Positions 39,174 to 48,043 are shown, numbered from the stretch's first letter. The stretch is 64,000 bases of DNA from Candidatus Doudnabacteria bacterium (GCA_963840645.1 CAWIZL010000002.1:337663-401662), one strand, 5' to 3'. Notes: generated from the sequence alone by a model not told the origin. Translations and numbers: made by a program.

Positions 39174-39464
39174 TTAGGCCTTTGCTTTCTTCAGAGAAAT
39201 CTTTTCGGCTTTTGGAGCAACCTTGCGAGGCTTCTTCGTGGTCTTAGCTGCAGCCAGCTCGCCAGACTTCTTAACCTTGTTGCGGAACTTTTCGACAACA
39301 CCAGCTGTGTCTACGAGGTTTGACTTGCCAGTGTAGAACGGGTGGCACTTTGAGCAGATTTCAACGCTGATCTCTGGCACTGTTGAGCCAATGACCATGA
39401 CGTTGCCACACGCGCACACAAACTTTGCTTCTGGGTAGTACTTTGGGTGGATAGTTTCTTTCAT
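39174..39464 (-). CDS. rpmE: 50S ribosomal protein L31 (with Lys-rich C-terminal extension)
   Basis: 96 aa. [14 protein letters not shown]...[10 protein letters not shown]. Confidence 0.9.
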   Translation of the reverse strand: MKETIHPKYYPEAKFVCACGNVMVIGSTVPEISVEICSKCHPFYTGKSNLVDTAGVVEKFRNKVKKSGELAAAKTTKKPRKVAPKAEKISLKKAKA

Positions 39465-39570
39465 AGAATTTGGTAATAGTTACTTGGAAAGTTTACCACA
39501 CAGCGCAAGAAAATGCAATGCGCGGGTCGGGGTTAATTTTTGTTTAATGCGTATGTGTCAGTATGAATAC

Positions 39571-40071
39571 ATGACTGTACACATCTATATTGACGCGGCA
39601 AATCTCCACAAAAGTTCAAGGCGGCTTGGTTTTGAAATTGATTATAGAAAATTCTATATGTGGATACGACAGAAGTACGAGGCCGACAGAGTCTACATGT
39701 TCTTTGGTTTTATAGACAAGTACGTAAACCTTTACTCTCGGCTCCGGGAGCACGGCTATATTTTGATGTTCAAAGAGACAATTGTAACCATAGACGGGGA
39801 AGTAAAAGGTAATTGCGATGCTGAGCTAGTTTTAAAAGTTGTCTCAGACTATTATGAGAAAAATTTTGACACCTGTGTTCTCTTGTCGGGAGATGGTGAT
39901 TTTTCTTGTGTCGTAAGTTTTCTTGCCAAGAAGGGGGCACTCCATGCGTTGGTCGTTCCCAGTGAAGCCAGGTGTTCCGCGCTATTAAAGAGAGCATGGC
40001 AGTCCATTGCGCCTTTGGATAAACATTACGCAAAATTCTCAAGAAAGATTTCTAACCTAGATCAAAAATGA
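39571..40071 (+). CDS. NYN (LabA-like) domain protein
   Basis: Start at the internal ATG. VHIYIDAANL..FEIDYRKF...DAELVLKV...VLLSGDGDFSCVV matches the NYN/LabA nuclease fold pattern. Confidence 0.7.
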   Translation: MTVHIYIDAANLHKSSRRLGFEIDYRKFYMWIRQKYEADRVYMFFGFIDKYVNLYSRLREHGYILMFKETIVTIDGEVKGNCDAELVLKVVSDYYEKNFDTCVLLSGDGDFSCVVSFLAKKGALHALVVPSEARCSALLKRAWQSIAPLDKHYAKFSRKISNLDQK

Positions 40072-40156
40072 AAAAGCCCCCGGCAGGGACGTATCCAAGC
40101 AGGAGTCTTTTTCTTCGGATGAGCTAATTATATACCAAGCAGCTAACGTGTCAAGC

Positions 40157-40209
40157 TAAAAAATAGAGGTGCCTGGATCCCGCACAGCGCGGGTACCCAG
40201 ACACCTCTC
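40157..40209 (-). terminator. Rho-independent terminator
   Basis: ~19-bp stem AGAGGTGCCTGGATCCCGC/GCGGGTACCCAGACACCTCT, followed by a T-run on the minus strand. Confidence 0.6.
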
Positions 40210-40214
40210 GGTTG

Positions 40215-40705
40215 CTACAGCGGATCGCACTTCGGTAGCCGCTGCCGGTTCTTTTTCCCCCAGTACACAGCGTTCCCTATGAGGAAGCCCGTGAGAATTG
40301 GAAGGGCTAGCATGTTTTCGAGGTTGCCGACCGTGCTTAGCGGCGGTTGTATTTTGGTGAAGGCAGCAAGGATCGCTACCAAACCACCCAACAACAGACT
40401 ATCGATGTCCACATCGCGAGATAGTTAAATTCCGGCAGCTCCATGTATGCCGTGAATGTTTTAACTATCAGCAGCGCCCAAAACGTTGCAACCACCCAGG
40501 CGAATAGGTGCGTTGTGCCATCATCGTACAGGCGCGGGTAGAGCGCGAGCCAAAGGCGCAGTGCCTGCGAAAATAAACCGAGCGCTACCATAAACATTGT
40601 CAACCTGCTTGTAGACCTTTTTCCGTTTTTCAAACTAACCTCCTTGTCATCCAGACGTTCAAAATTTACCATACAGACGGTAAAAAAGCAAGTAGCCAAA
40701 ATCAT
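40215..40705 (-). CDS. Hypothetical membrane protein(s); two overlapping ORFs, possibly one frameshifted gene
   Basis: Track ORFs 40376-40705 and 40215-40412 are both hydrophobic. The frames swap near 40400-40415. Confidence 0.35.
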
Positions 40706-40824
40706 TAAACTCTGTTATCATATTTGCACTAACCAACTAAGCATACCTGGAATAAATCCTGCTGCTCTTGTGGCGCAAGCCATCAAGAGACCAGCCTCTG
40801 GGTAGAAGATTAAGGACAAGACCC

Positions 40825-41578
40825 ATGAAAGACGTCAGCCTAGCTGAGCTACTGAAGTCGGGCGCACACTTTGGCCACCAGACATCGCGCTGGAACCCAA
40901 AAATGGCCCCGTTCATTTTTTCGGTGCGCAGCAACATCTACATCATTGACCTAGCCAAGACGCGCGAGTGCCTGCTTGCTAGCCAGCAGTTTGCAAAAGA
41001 TACAGCAGCAAAAGGCGGCACAGTGCTGTTCGTTGGCACAAAGCGCCAGTCAAAAGATCACGTTCGGGCAGCTGCCATTTCGTGCGGCATGCCGTACGTT
41101 GTCACGCGCTGGCTGGGCGGCACGTTCACGAACTTCCGCACCATCCAGAAGACAATTAAGAAAATGGAGAAGTACGAGCAGCTCAAGGCAACTGGCGAGA
41201 CTCTACAAGAACTACACCAAGAAGGAAAGCCTGCTCATTGAGCGCGAGCTCGTGAAGATGCACACACTGTTCGAGGGCATCAAGGACATGCGCAAGCTGC
41301 CAGAGGCTGTCATTGTGATGGACGTCAACTACGACGAGATTGCAGTCACCGAGGCTCGCAAGTCAAAGGTGAAGATCATTGGCGTTGTAGATACGAACTC
41401 AAATCCAGACCTGGTGACATTCCCAATTCCGAGCAACGATGATGCCGTGAAGGCAATCGAGCTCATTGCAGGTGCACTCGCAGAAGCAATCAACGACGGC
41501 AAGCGATCGTACGTGCCAATTCAGCCAGCAGTGCCTGGCCAGACAGTTGCGCCACTGGCAACGCCTGAGGCAAAGTAG
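40825..41578 (+). CDS. rpsB: 30S ribosomal protein S2 (apparent 1-nt frameshift about 41196-41203)
   Basis: MKDVSLAELLKSGAHFGHQTSRWNPKM..., then KATGE/LYKNYTKKESLLIERELVKM...GIKDM in the adjacent frame. Confidence 0.88.
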
Positions 41579-41596
41579 CATTAACGAAACAAAACT

Positions 41597-42187
41597 ATGG
41601 TTGACAGCAACCTTTTGAAAGAGCTGCGCGAGGCAACCGGCGCAGGTGTATCAGACATTAAATCAGCGCTCGATGAGAGTGGCGGCGACCGCGAGAAGGC
41701 AATAGAGATTCTCCGCAAGAAAGGCCAGTCAAAAATGGCCAAGAAGGGTGACCGTGTTGCAAAGGACGGAATCATTGAGAGCTACATTCACTCTGGCGGA
41801 CGCATCGGCGTGCTCGTAGAGCTGAACAGCGAAACAGACTTTGTTGCCCGCACGGATGAGTTCAAGCTTTTGGCAAAAGAAATTGCCATGCACATTGCAG
41901 CTGCAAACCCGCTGTACGTGAGCCGTGAAGATGTCCCAGAAGAAGTTTTAGCAAAAGAACGCGAGATTTACCGCGAGCAGGCAAAAGAGTCGGGCAAACC
42001 AGCGGAGATTATAGAGAAGATGATTGAAGGCAAGGTGGCAAAGTACATTGAAGAGGTTTGCCTGCTCGAGCAGCCGTTCTTTCGTGAACCAGAGAAGAAG
42101 GTTGGCATCGTAGTATCAGATTCTGTTGCCAAGATGGGCGAGAAAGTTGCGGTGGGTAGGTTTGCACGGTACCAGCTGGGGAACTAG
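41597..42187 (+). CDS. tsf: Elongation factor Ts (short form)
   Basis: 196 aa. LLKELREATGAGVSDIKSALDES and HSGGRIGVLVELNSETDFVAR. Confidence 0.9.
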   Translation: MVDSNLLKELREATGAGVSDIKSALDESGGDREKAIEILRKKGQSKMAKKGDRVAKDGIIESYIHSGGRIGVLVELNSETDFVARTDEFKLLAKEIAMHIAAANPLYVSREDVPEEVLAKEREIYREQAKESGKPAEIIEKMIEGKVAKYIEEVCLLEQPFFREPEKKVGIVVSDSVAKMGEKVAVGRFARYQLGN

Positions 42188-42288
42188 TAAATAATAGTTA
42201 GTAGTTAATAGCTAAACTACTAACGTTTACCAATAGAGAGGAAAGCTGTGCGGATCCGTCTACTAACTATCAACTATTAACTATTGTT
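42188..42288. repeat. ~105-bp intergenic repeat, copy A
   Basis: It fills the tsf-to-next-gene gap exactly. Conserved blocks AGTTAGT, AGCTAAAC, TACCAAT, GGATCC and CTACTAACTA are shared with 55596-55700 and 57861-57972. Confidence 0.6.
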
Positions 42289-42290
42289 GC

Positions 42291-43157
42291 ATGGCGTACG
42301 AGTTCATCCCAGATTTAATACTGGTTGCGAGCGCGGGGGGCATCCTGTGGATGTTCCTGCGTCGCGTTCCTGATGTTGTATCTGGCCGCTCTGCAACAAG
42401 CATCCCAGATGTTTCAGCTGAGCAGAGCACTGACGAGTGGTACGTTCGTGCGTGGGCATCTGTTAAAAAATTCGTGGTTTGGGCAACGCGGCCAGTTTGG
42501 AAGTTCATGCTCGATGCAAAAGATTTCAAGCAGGGGCAGATTATGGCAGCCAAGTTTGCCAGCGTGGTGCGGCCACCTGCGCAGCGGGTTTTGAATATTG
42601 GGCAGATGAGCAGCCTGCGCAAGGCAGACCGCCAGCTGCGCGAAGAAGACTACAGTGGCGCAGAGGAAACGTACCTGGGCGTCATCAAGAAGCACCCACA
42701 CGCGTACGAAGCGTATGAAGGCCTGGTGAAGATTTACCAGCACCAGCACGCGTACGATGAGATCACAGAAATTTTGCGCTACCTGGTGAAGCATAACCCC
42801 CACAATGACAGCTACCTTGCGCAGCTCGGCGCGCAGCTCTTGAAGGCAAAGCGCTACGCTGATGCAGTTGCTGCCTACCAGCGGTCAATTGACATCAACC
42901 CTCTGGTTGCTGTGCGCTTTGTGAACATGGGCCAGGCGTACCAGGCAATGGGAGACTTTGACCTTGCCGAGAAAAACTTTTCCCACGCGCTGGACTTGGA
43001 TCCAACGAACGTGCGCTACCTCACAAAGCTCGTTGACCTGTGGGTTCACGAGGGTGAGCAGGCAAAGGCAACGGCAAAGCTGCAGGGCTTTCTGAAGATG
43101 GATCCTGAGAACGAAGAAGCTAAAGAAAAACTTGCGGAACTCGCCAAAATAGGGTAA
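42291..43157 (+). CDS. TPR repeat protein with N-terminal TM anchor
   Basis: 288 aa with several TPR-like units, for example AEETYLGVIKKHPHAYEAYEGLVKIY and DAVAAYQRSIDINP. Confidence 0.7.
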   Translation: MAYEFIPDLILVASAGGILWMFLRRVPDVVSGRSATSIPDVSAEQSTDEWYVRAWASVKKFVVWATRPVWKFMLDAKDFKQGQIMAAKFASVVRPPAQRVLNIGQMSSLRKADRQLREEDYSGAEETYLGVIKKHPHAYEAYEGLVKIYQHQHAYDEITEILRYLVKHNPHNDSYLAQLGAQLLKAKRYADAVAAYQRSIDINPLVAVRFVNMGQAYQAMGDFDLAEKNFSHALDLDPTNVRYLTKLVDLWVHEGEQAKATAKLQGFLKMDPENEEAKEKLAELAKIG

Positions 43158-43194
43158 GATAAGCCCTGTACATGGCTTGGCCATATGCATTTAT

Positions 43195-43479
43195 GGGTGG
43201 TTAGCGAAGTAGACAAACGCAGCTGACTGTAGGCATTGCAGCTCTTGTGGGAAACTACAGGATGAACTTTCCGGGATAACGGTGAACGCTAAAGCCGCAA
43301 GGCCATGCCAATACCGTGGGAACTCCTGAATTGCAGGGGAGCGCCGTAGAGACTAGATACCGGGGCACCTAACGCGAAAGCTACGGTGAAGATATAGTCC
43401 ATGCCTTACGGAAACGTGGGGAGTCAGTGAAATCAGCCGCCCTGTGCCTTCGTAGGTGCAAATCCTACACCACCCACCA
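43195..43479 (+). tRNA. tRNA-Tyr(GUA) interrupted by a group I intron in the anticodon loop
   Basis: The exons give GGGTGGT-TA-GCG..CGC-A-GCTGA-CTGT|AAA-TCAGC, a long variable arm, GTAGG-TGCAAAT-CCTAC, then ACCACCC-A-CCA. This is the same architecture as E. coli tRNA-Tyr (GCAGA-CTGTAAA-TCTGC, A73). Confidence 0.8.
43231..43429 (+). ncRNA. Group I intron (IC3-like, ~199 nt, no ORF)
   Basis: The core CCGTAGAGACTAGATACCGGGGCACCTAACGCGAAAGCTACGG...GAAGATATAGTCC closely resembles the catalytic cores of the Azoarcus and cyanobacterial tRNA introns. The 5' exon ends in U, the intron ends in G, and the IGS ATT-GCAG can pair with the exon sequences CUGU and AA. Confidence 0.8.
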
Positions 43480-43484
43480 GCCTC

Positions 43485-43513
43485 CCGACTTCGCCAAGGC
43501 TACGTCGGGCAGG
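43485..43513. repeat. GC-rich palindromic motif copy 2
   Basis: CCGACTTCGCcaagGCTACGTCGGGCAGG, 5 nt after the tRNA-Tyr CCA. Confidence 0.45.
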
Positions 43514-43536
43514 TCGTGAAAAAGGCCAGTACACTT

Positions 43537-43612
43537 GCCGTTGTAGCTCAGCTGGTAGAGCAACTCCATGGTAAGGAGTAGGTCATCGGTTCAATTCCGA
43601 TCAACGGCTCCA
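43537..43612 (+). tRNA. tRNA-Thr(GGU)
   Basis: GCCGTTG..GCTCAGCTGGTAGAGC..ACTCC-ATGGTAA-GGAGT..ATCGG-TTCAATT-CCGAT-CAACGGC-T-CCA. Confidence 0.92.
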
Positions 43613-43635
43613 GACAGTTCCACTCGGTTGAACGT

Positions 43636-43711
43636 GCCGACTTAGCTCAGCTGGTAGAGCAACTGTTTTGTAAACAGTAGGTCGTCGGTTCGAATCCGAC
43701 AGTCGGCTCCA
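43636..43711 (+). tRNA. tRNA-Thr(UGU)
   Basis: GCCGACT..ACTGT-TTTGTAA-ACAGT..GTCGG-TTCGAAT-CCGAC-AGTCGGC-T-CCA. Confidence 0.92.
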
Positions 43712-43775
43712 GAAAAGCACATTCGCAAGAGTACATTCGCATTAAACTTACATTAAGAAGAAACAAGGAACGATT

Positions 43776-43931
43776 ATGTCCCAAGATAACCTAATCATGT
43801 TGGAGTGCACTGTGTGCAAGAACATCAACTACCACTCCAACAAGAACAAAAAGATGACGCCAAAGCGCCTCGAGCTCCAGAAGTACTGCAAGCACTGCAA
43901 GGCAAAGACCCTGCACAAAGAGACAAAGTAG
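43776..43931 (+). CDS. rpmG: 50S ribosomal protein L33
   Basis: 51 aa, below the track cutoff: [60 protein letters not shown]. Confidence 0.85.
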   Translation: MSQDNLIMLECTVCKNINYHSNKNKKMTPKRLELQKYCKHCKAKTLHKETK

Positions 43932-43982
43932 GCTTTTAGGCGTGCGTAGCAGCTCTGCTGGCTCCTCGATGCGAGCCTGCAT

Positions 43983-44056
43983 GGGGGGTTCGTATAGTGG
44001 TAGTACAGCGGTCTCCAAAACCGTTAGCGCAGGTGCGATTCCTACACCCCCCGCCA
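43983..44056 (+). tRNA. tRNA-Trp(CCA)
   Basis: GGGGGGT..GCGGT-CTCCAAA-ACCGT..GCAGG-TGCGATT-CCTAC-ACCCCCC-G-CCA. There is one C-A mismatch in the T stem. Confidence 0.85.
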
Positions 44057-44138
44057 GGGAAAAACACCAATGAAAATGGGTGTTTTTTCTTGTGGGCATG
44101 TGGGAGTTAGAACCATCTGTTACATTATGTAATATAAA

Positions 44139-44168
44139 TTGACAAATAGCAAGGAAGTGTGCTATGCT
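44139..44168 (+). promoter_or_regulatory. Sigma-70-like promoter
   Basis: TTGACA, 18 nt spacer, TATGCT. Confidence 0.45.
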
Positions 44169-44225
44169 GTTAACACTCGTAAGTCCTCACCGAAGGTGCA
44201 GGCAGGGTCAGATGGAGGAAGTTAC

Positions 44226-44549
44226 ATGAACCTTGGATTTACCTGCAGCAACAGCGGAGCAATCTGCTGCAATATGCTGACCCAAGCGGCAACCCGCGAA
44301 GAGTACGTTGAGGAGATGAGGGACGAAGAAGCTGTCGTCGGCTTCATCTCCCTCGATAAGCTCGACGAGGAAGGCCCCCGCGGTACGTGCGAGGACGCCT
44401 TCGAGGCCATTCGTCTGCTCGCTGGCCTCAACGCGGACACGGACTCGTTCTGCTACGCACTCGAAGAGGCGTTCGAGCGAGCCTTCGTCGCTGGGCAGGA
44501 GCACGAGCGCAGCAAGGCTGTTCCTGCTACGGCACCCGCTGCGGCGTGA
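44226..44549 (+). CDS. Hypothetical acidic protein
   Basis: ATG 6 nt after GGAGGA. 107 aa, Cys-rich N-terminus, high GC. Confidence 0.45.
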   Translation: MNLGFTCSNSGAICCNMLTQAATREEYVEEMRDEEAVVGFISLDKLDEEGPRGTCEDAFEAIRLLAGLNADTDSFCYALEEAFERAFVAGQEHERSKAVPATAPAAA

Positions 44550-44673
44550 GCAGCCAATCCAATAACGTAGCCCGCGAGCGAGCAATCGTTCGCGGCACCA
44601 CCTGAGCAAATCAATTCTTGGTTTGTTGGGGCGGAGAACCAGAGGTTTTCCACGAATCCACAAGGAGGGTTCT

Positions 44674-45492
44674 ATGACTACAGCTACTATCGAAACGATT
44701 ACCACGCCGACCAGTGCGGCTCGCTACGAAGTCTACTTCGACGGCATGGAGCGCAGCAGGACACTGTTCGTGGAAGCCGACAAGCTCCACCTACAGATGA
44801 CCCTGATCTGTGACTGCAACCGCTGTCGCGACCGCGAGAGCATGATGCTCTCGTCTCTGAGGAGCCACGGCATACCCTACACGGTAGAGGTCATGTTGGA
44901 CGGCAATCAGAACGAACGCTTCGTCTGCTTTGCCCGCAAAGATGGGCAAGACCCCATCGAGCAGGTGAAAGCCGACATCGGCATCGGTGTCTGGCTCTCG
45001 ACCCAGCAACCAACCATTGCTCATGAGCAGCGGAATGCCAGGAACAAAACCATTCTCGCAACCGCGGAAATCATTATGGGTATTATTGCCGCGATTGCCC
45101 TCTGCGTCTGGCTCTACCGCTTCATTCACCCAGACCCGAGCGTCTTCGCTCTCATGGGTGCCTGGGCATCGCTCCACCTCGCCTTCATGCTCCTCCGCGA
45201 CCTCGCGTCAAAGGAGAAGCTCGCCCGCTTCCTGAGCTGGCTCAGCGGTGTCGGCGCAATGCTCGCGGGCGGTACGTTCGTCGGCCTCATGATGAGAATC
45301 GACAGCCTGCTCGGGAACCGCGTCGACCACTTCATGAACAGCCTGCCGCTGTTCTTCCAGATGCTGGGAGGCTTCGTCTGCATCATCGGCATCCTGGGCT
45401 GCTTCCTCATCGTCCTGTGCGCCATGATGGGGCAGATGGTGTTCTTCGTGCGAAGCTGGATGGTCAGCGACTACGAAGTAACAATGCAGTAA
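44674..45492 (+). CDS. Hypothetical membrane protein (soluble N-domain plus about 4 TM)
   Basis: ATG 5 nt after AAGGAGGG. 272 aa, high GC. Confidence 0.5.
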   Translation: MTTATIETITTPTSAARYEVYFDGMERSRTLFVEADKLHLQMTLICDCNRCRDRESMMLSSLRSHGIPYTVEVMLDGNQNERFVCFARKDGQDPIEQVKADIGIGVWLSTQQPTIAHEQRNARNKTILATAEIIMGIIAAIALCVWLYRFIHPDPSVFALMGAWASLHLAFMLLRDLASKEKLARFLSWLSGVGAMLAGGTFVGLMMRIDSLLGNRVDHFMNSLPLFFQMLGGFVCIIGILGCFLIVLCAMMGQMVFFVRSWMVSDYEVTMQ

Positions 45493-45511
45493 ACTAAAGC
45501 TGTGCAACTAG

Positions 45512-45540
45512 ACGGGACATCGAAAGGTGCCCCGTTTTTA
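45512..45540 (+). terminator. Rho-independent terminator
   Basis: ACGGGACA..TGCCCCGT stem followed by TTTTT. Confidence 0.45.
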
Positions 45541-45729
45541 CTTTGGTCAGATGGGTATACTCGTCCTTACTTCGTGATATATTGGATTTGTTTTAAATAT
45601 TTCAGTCCTCACCTCGTTCCACAGTCTCCGCCACAAAGGACATTAGCACCCGCTAGTGTTTTTTGTTATGCTTTATTTATGGACAACGGTGCACGTGGGA
45701 GCACTTAACGCAAACTTAAATAGTTACTC

Positions 45730-46683
45730 ATGAAAATAGCAGTCCTCAACGAATGTTTCCTAGACGAAAGTCACCTGAACAGGCTTAGAGCCTTAGGCGA
45801 GGTTTCCGTATTTAAAAATACAAGTTCAGAAGACGAGGCTGTAGAACGACTGAAGGGGGTTGACGTTGCAGTGATCGATGGTTTTCTGTGTCCTCCAACG
45901 GCGAAAGTTTTGAACAGCACCGATAGCCTCAAGCTTATCGTCCTCCCACACAGCGGTTACTTCATGGTTGACCTAGAGTCTGCAAACAAGAAGGGCATCA
46001 AGGTTGCCAACGCACCAGGTTTCTCAAAAGAGGCCGTTGCTGAAATGGTCATCGGCTTAATGTTTGCCGTGAACAGAAAGATTCCTCTCATGGACAGAGC
46101 CATGCGAGAAAACCCCTTCGAGTCTAATCCTGGCAATGCTGATCAGCAGCGAACGTACTGGGGCTTTGACTTAAAGGGAAGAACAATGGGCATCATTGGG
46201 TTGGGAAGAATTGGCTCTACTGTCGCAACTCTCGCTCTGGGTTTAGGTATGAGGGTGATTGCGAACAACAGGAGCACAAAGGTTATGGAAGGCGTTGAGA
46301 TGGTAAGCAAAGAAGAGCTTCTTAAAAGGTCTGACGTGGTTTCGATTAACGTAACCTCGGGAGCTGGGACAAAAAACTTTATCTCCCAAAAAGAGCTAGT
46401 CCTGATGAGGCCAACTTCAATCTTGGTCAACGTTGACCAAGGTCAGCAGGTAGATACAGAGGCTCTGTACATCGCACTAAGAGACAACAAGATTGGCGGG
46501 GCTGGCTTAGACCAAGTTGCTGGCCTGACGAAAGACCACCCAATGCTCCAGCTCGACAACGTGGTCTTTACGCCCCACGCAGGCTCGTCCACCAATGAAT
46601 CTTTCAGGGTGAACCTGCCAGAGCTGGTGGTGTCTGCCATTGAAGCGTTTGTCCGAAACGAGCCGAAGAACTTTGTTAACTAA
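45730..46683 (+). CDS. D-isomer-specific 2-hydroxyacid dehydrogenase family protein
   Basis: 317 aa. NAD-binding GIIGLGRIGSTVA, and the catalytic region FTPHAGSST. Confidence 0.85.
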   Translation: MKIAVLNECFLDESHLNRLRALGEVSVFKNTSSEDEAVERLKGVDVAVIDGFLCPPTAKVLNSTDSLKLIVLPHSGYFMVDLESANKKGIKVANAPGFSKEAVAEMVIGLMFAVNRKIPLMDRAMRENPFESNPGNADQQRTYWGFDLKGRTMGIIGLGRIGSTVATLALGLGMRVIANNRSTKVMEGVEMVSKEELLKRSDVVSINVTSGAGTKNFISQKELVLMRPTSILVNVDQGQQVDTEALYIALRDNKIGGAGLDQVAGLTKDHPMLQLDNVVFTPHAGSSTNESFRVNLPELVVSAIEAFVRNEPKNFVN

Positions 46684-46718
46684 CTCTGCATGCTTAAGAC
46701 CGTAAGTTTTTATAAACC

Positions 46719-47379
46719 CTACCCCTCAACCATAAACCACTTTCCCTCGCTAACCACCTCCACCTTCCCATCGACAACTTTCAGCGCTGACTCGTCATCG
46801 AGCGCATAGACTTTCTGTCCCATTTCTTTCACTGCCTCTCGTATGCCCGGCTCCCTGAGTTTCTCGAAGTATCCAGAATTTAAGTGCGGCAAGAAGCAGA
46901 AGTCAACAAAGTTTAGGCCAGCCATGTCGTCTGTCTTGTCCATGTCTTCGTCGTACACTTCCTGCGAAATTTTCAGTGACAAGTGCATTGCACGCAACCA
47001 TGCTGCCCGCGCTCAGCCCAACGTACACCCTTGTCTTGAGCAGCTCTGGCAGTAGCTCTGCTAGTCCTGACCTGTTGATCCACTCCATAAGGTGGTACGT
47101 GCTGCCTCCGCCAAAGAAAATTACGTCTGCCTGCTCGATTTTTGGCAGCCAGACCTCTTTTCCAACAGCTGAGATATCCGCAATGTCTATTGATCTGAAA
47201 TTGAGCTGCTTGAGTTCCCACAGGTTTTCAATGAGCCAGGATTTATCCCCAGGTTCTACATTAGCCGCTGTTGGTATGAACACGAGCGAAGTATCTCCTG
47301 CTGCCTTACCCGCAAGCTCAAAGAGCGCAGCTGCTATTGATTTGTTTGTAATGCCACTAGATGTTAAGAGGAACTTCAT
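46719..47379 (-). CDS. Peptidase S51 (dipeptidase E-like) protein (apparent frameshift about 46975-46992)
   Basis: Track ORFs 46903-47379 and 46719-46997. MKFLLTSSGI..LVFIPTAA..ADVIFFGGGSTYHL..YVGLSAGSMVA continues as ..GLNFVDFCFLPHLNS. Confidence 0.7.
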
Positions 47380-47396
47380 GGATTCAATTGTAGCAT

Positions 47397-47600
47397 AAAA
47401 AAAGACCGCCAGTGCAGTCTTTTACTGCTGCCCCAGGTCAGGAGGAACCTGGGAACATCGGGGCGGTGTGTACAAGAAGCCACTGGCGTCCTTGCGGCTG
47501 GAGAAACGCCGGTTGAACATAGGGCTTCCCCCGAAACTGGCGGTGGACTGAGCTACGGCATGTTCTGAAGTGTATCCCTCCTTCAAAACTAGCTACGCTA
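47397..47600 (-). promoter_or_regulatory. Structured 5' leader of the peptidase E-like gene (unknown class) ending in stem plus U7
   Basis: On the minus strand, ACCGCCAGT (47544-47536) and CGCCAGT (47488-47482) are both complementary to ACTGGCGGT (47413-47405). That segment is followed directly by T7 and then, 17 nt later, the ATG. An internal hairpin CCCAGGTtcctcctgACCTGGG has a CCUCC loop. Confidence 0.35.
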
Positions 47601-47673
47601 CATTCCAAGAATAGCACGGCACCCTATTTTTTGCTATGCTTTGAACATTCAACAGGAAAGCAAACTACCCACC

Positions 47674-48030
47674 ATGCGCAGAGACAGCTCGCCAGATAAA
47701 GGCTTGCAGCCAGCGGAGCACCCGAGCGAACAGCAGGTAAGGCGCACCCATGCAGAAATAGTTGACCTCAGTGGCGCAATGCCAGAGCTTGACCTGCACG
47801 GCGAGTTTGCCCAAGAAGCAGCCACTGCTGTGCACAGCTACATCACCAGCATGGCAAGTGCTGGCGAAGAGTTCTGTCGCATCACCTACGGCAAGGGAAC
47901 AGGCGCGCTCCAGCAGGTTGTTGCGAGAGAGGTTGCGCAGCTCACAGGAGGTGGGGTAATCGAGTCGTCATTTCCATCGCAGAAGTACCCTGGTGCAGCA
48001 GTTGTCGTGATGTTTCCAGCTTCGCATTAA
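47674..48030 (+). CDS. Smr (small MutS-related) domain protein
   Basis: ELDLHGEFAQEAATAV...ITYGKGTGALQQVV matches the Smr pattern LDLHG...HGkGtG.L. Confidence 0.7.
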   Translation: MRRDSSPDKGLQPAEHPSEQQVRRTHAEIVDLSGAMPELDLHGEFAQEAATAVHSYITSMASAGEEFCRITYGKGTGALQQVVAREVAQLTGGGVIESSFPSQKYPGAAVVVMFPASH

Positions 48031-48043
48031 AATTCACAGAACC

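Noticed and set aside
43195-43479. Alternative readings of the long tRNA-like RNA: a tmRNA, or tRNA-Ser(UGA) with splice sites CT|...|TGAAA.
   Set aside because: There is no G3-U70 pair, no tag ORF and no pseudoknots, and the interior is a clear group I core. For Ser, the discriminator would be expected to be G (as in the tRNA-Ser in this window), but it is A. In addition, no guide sequence pairs with exon GACU, whereas GCAG pairs with CUGU.
43791-44099. 102-aa minus-strand ORF.
   Set aside because: It overlaps rpmG (L33) and tRNA-Trp on the opposite strand.
47404-47560. Cobalamin riboswitch (B12-box-like AGCCACTGGCG..CTGGAGAA on the + strand), or SRP RNA (GGTCAGGAGGAACC resembling the GUCAGGUCCGGAAGGAAGC motif).
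   Set aside because: The upstream GGTG.GAATCC / GGGAA cobalamin core is absent, and the downstream + gene is an Smr protein. The SRP tetraloop and symmetric-loop motif does not match. The U-tract orientation indicates that the functional strand is minus.
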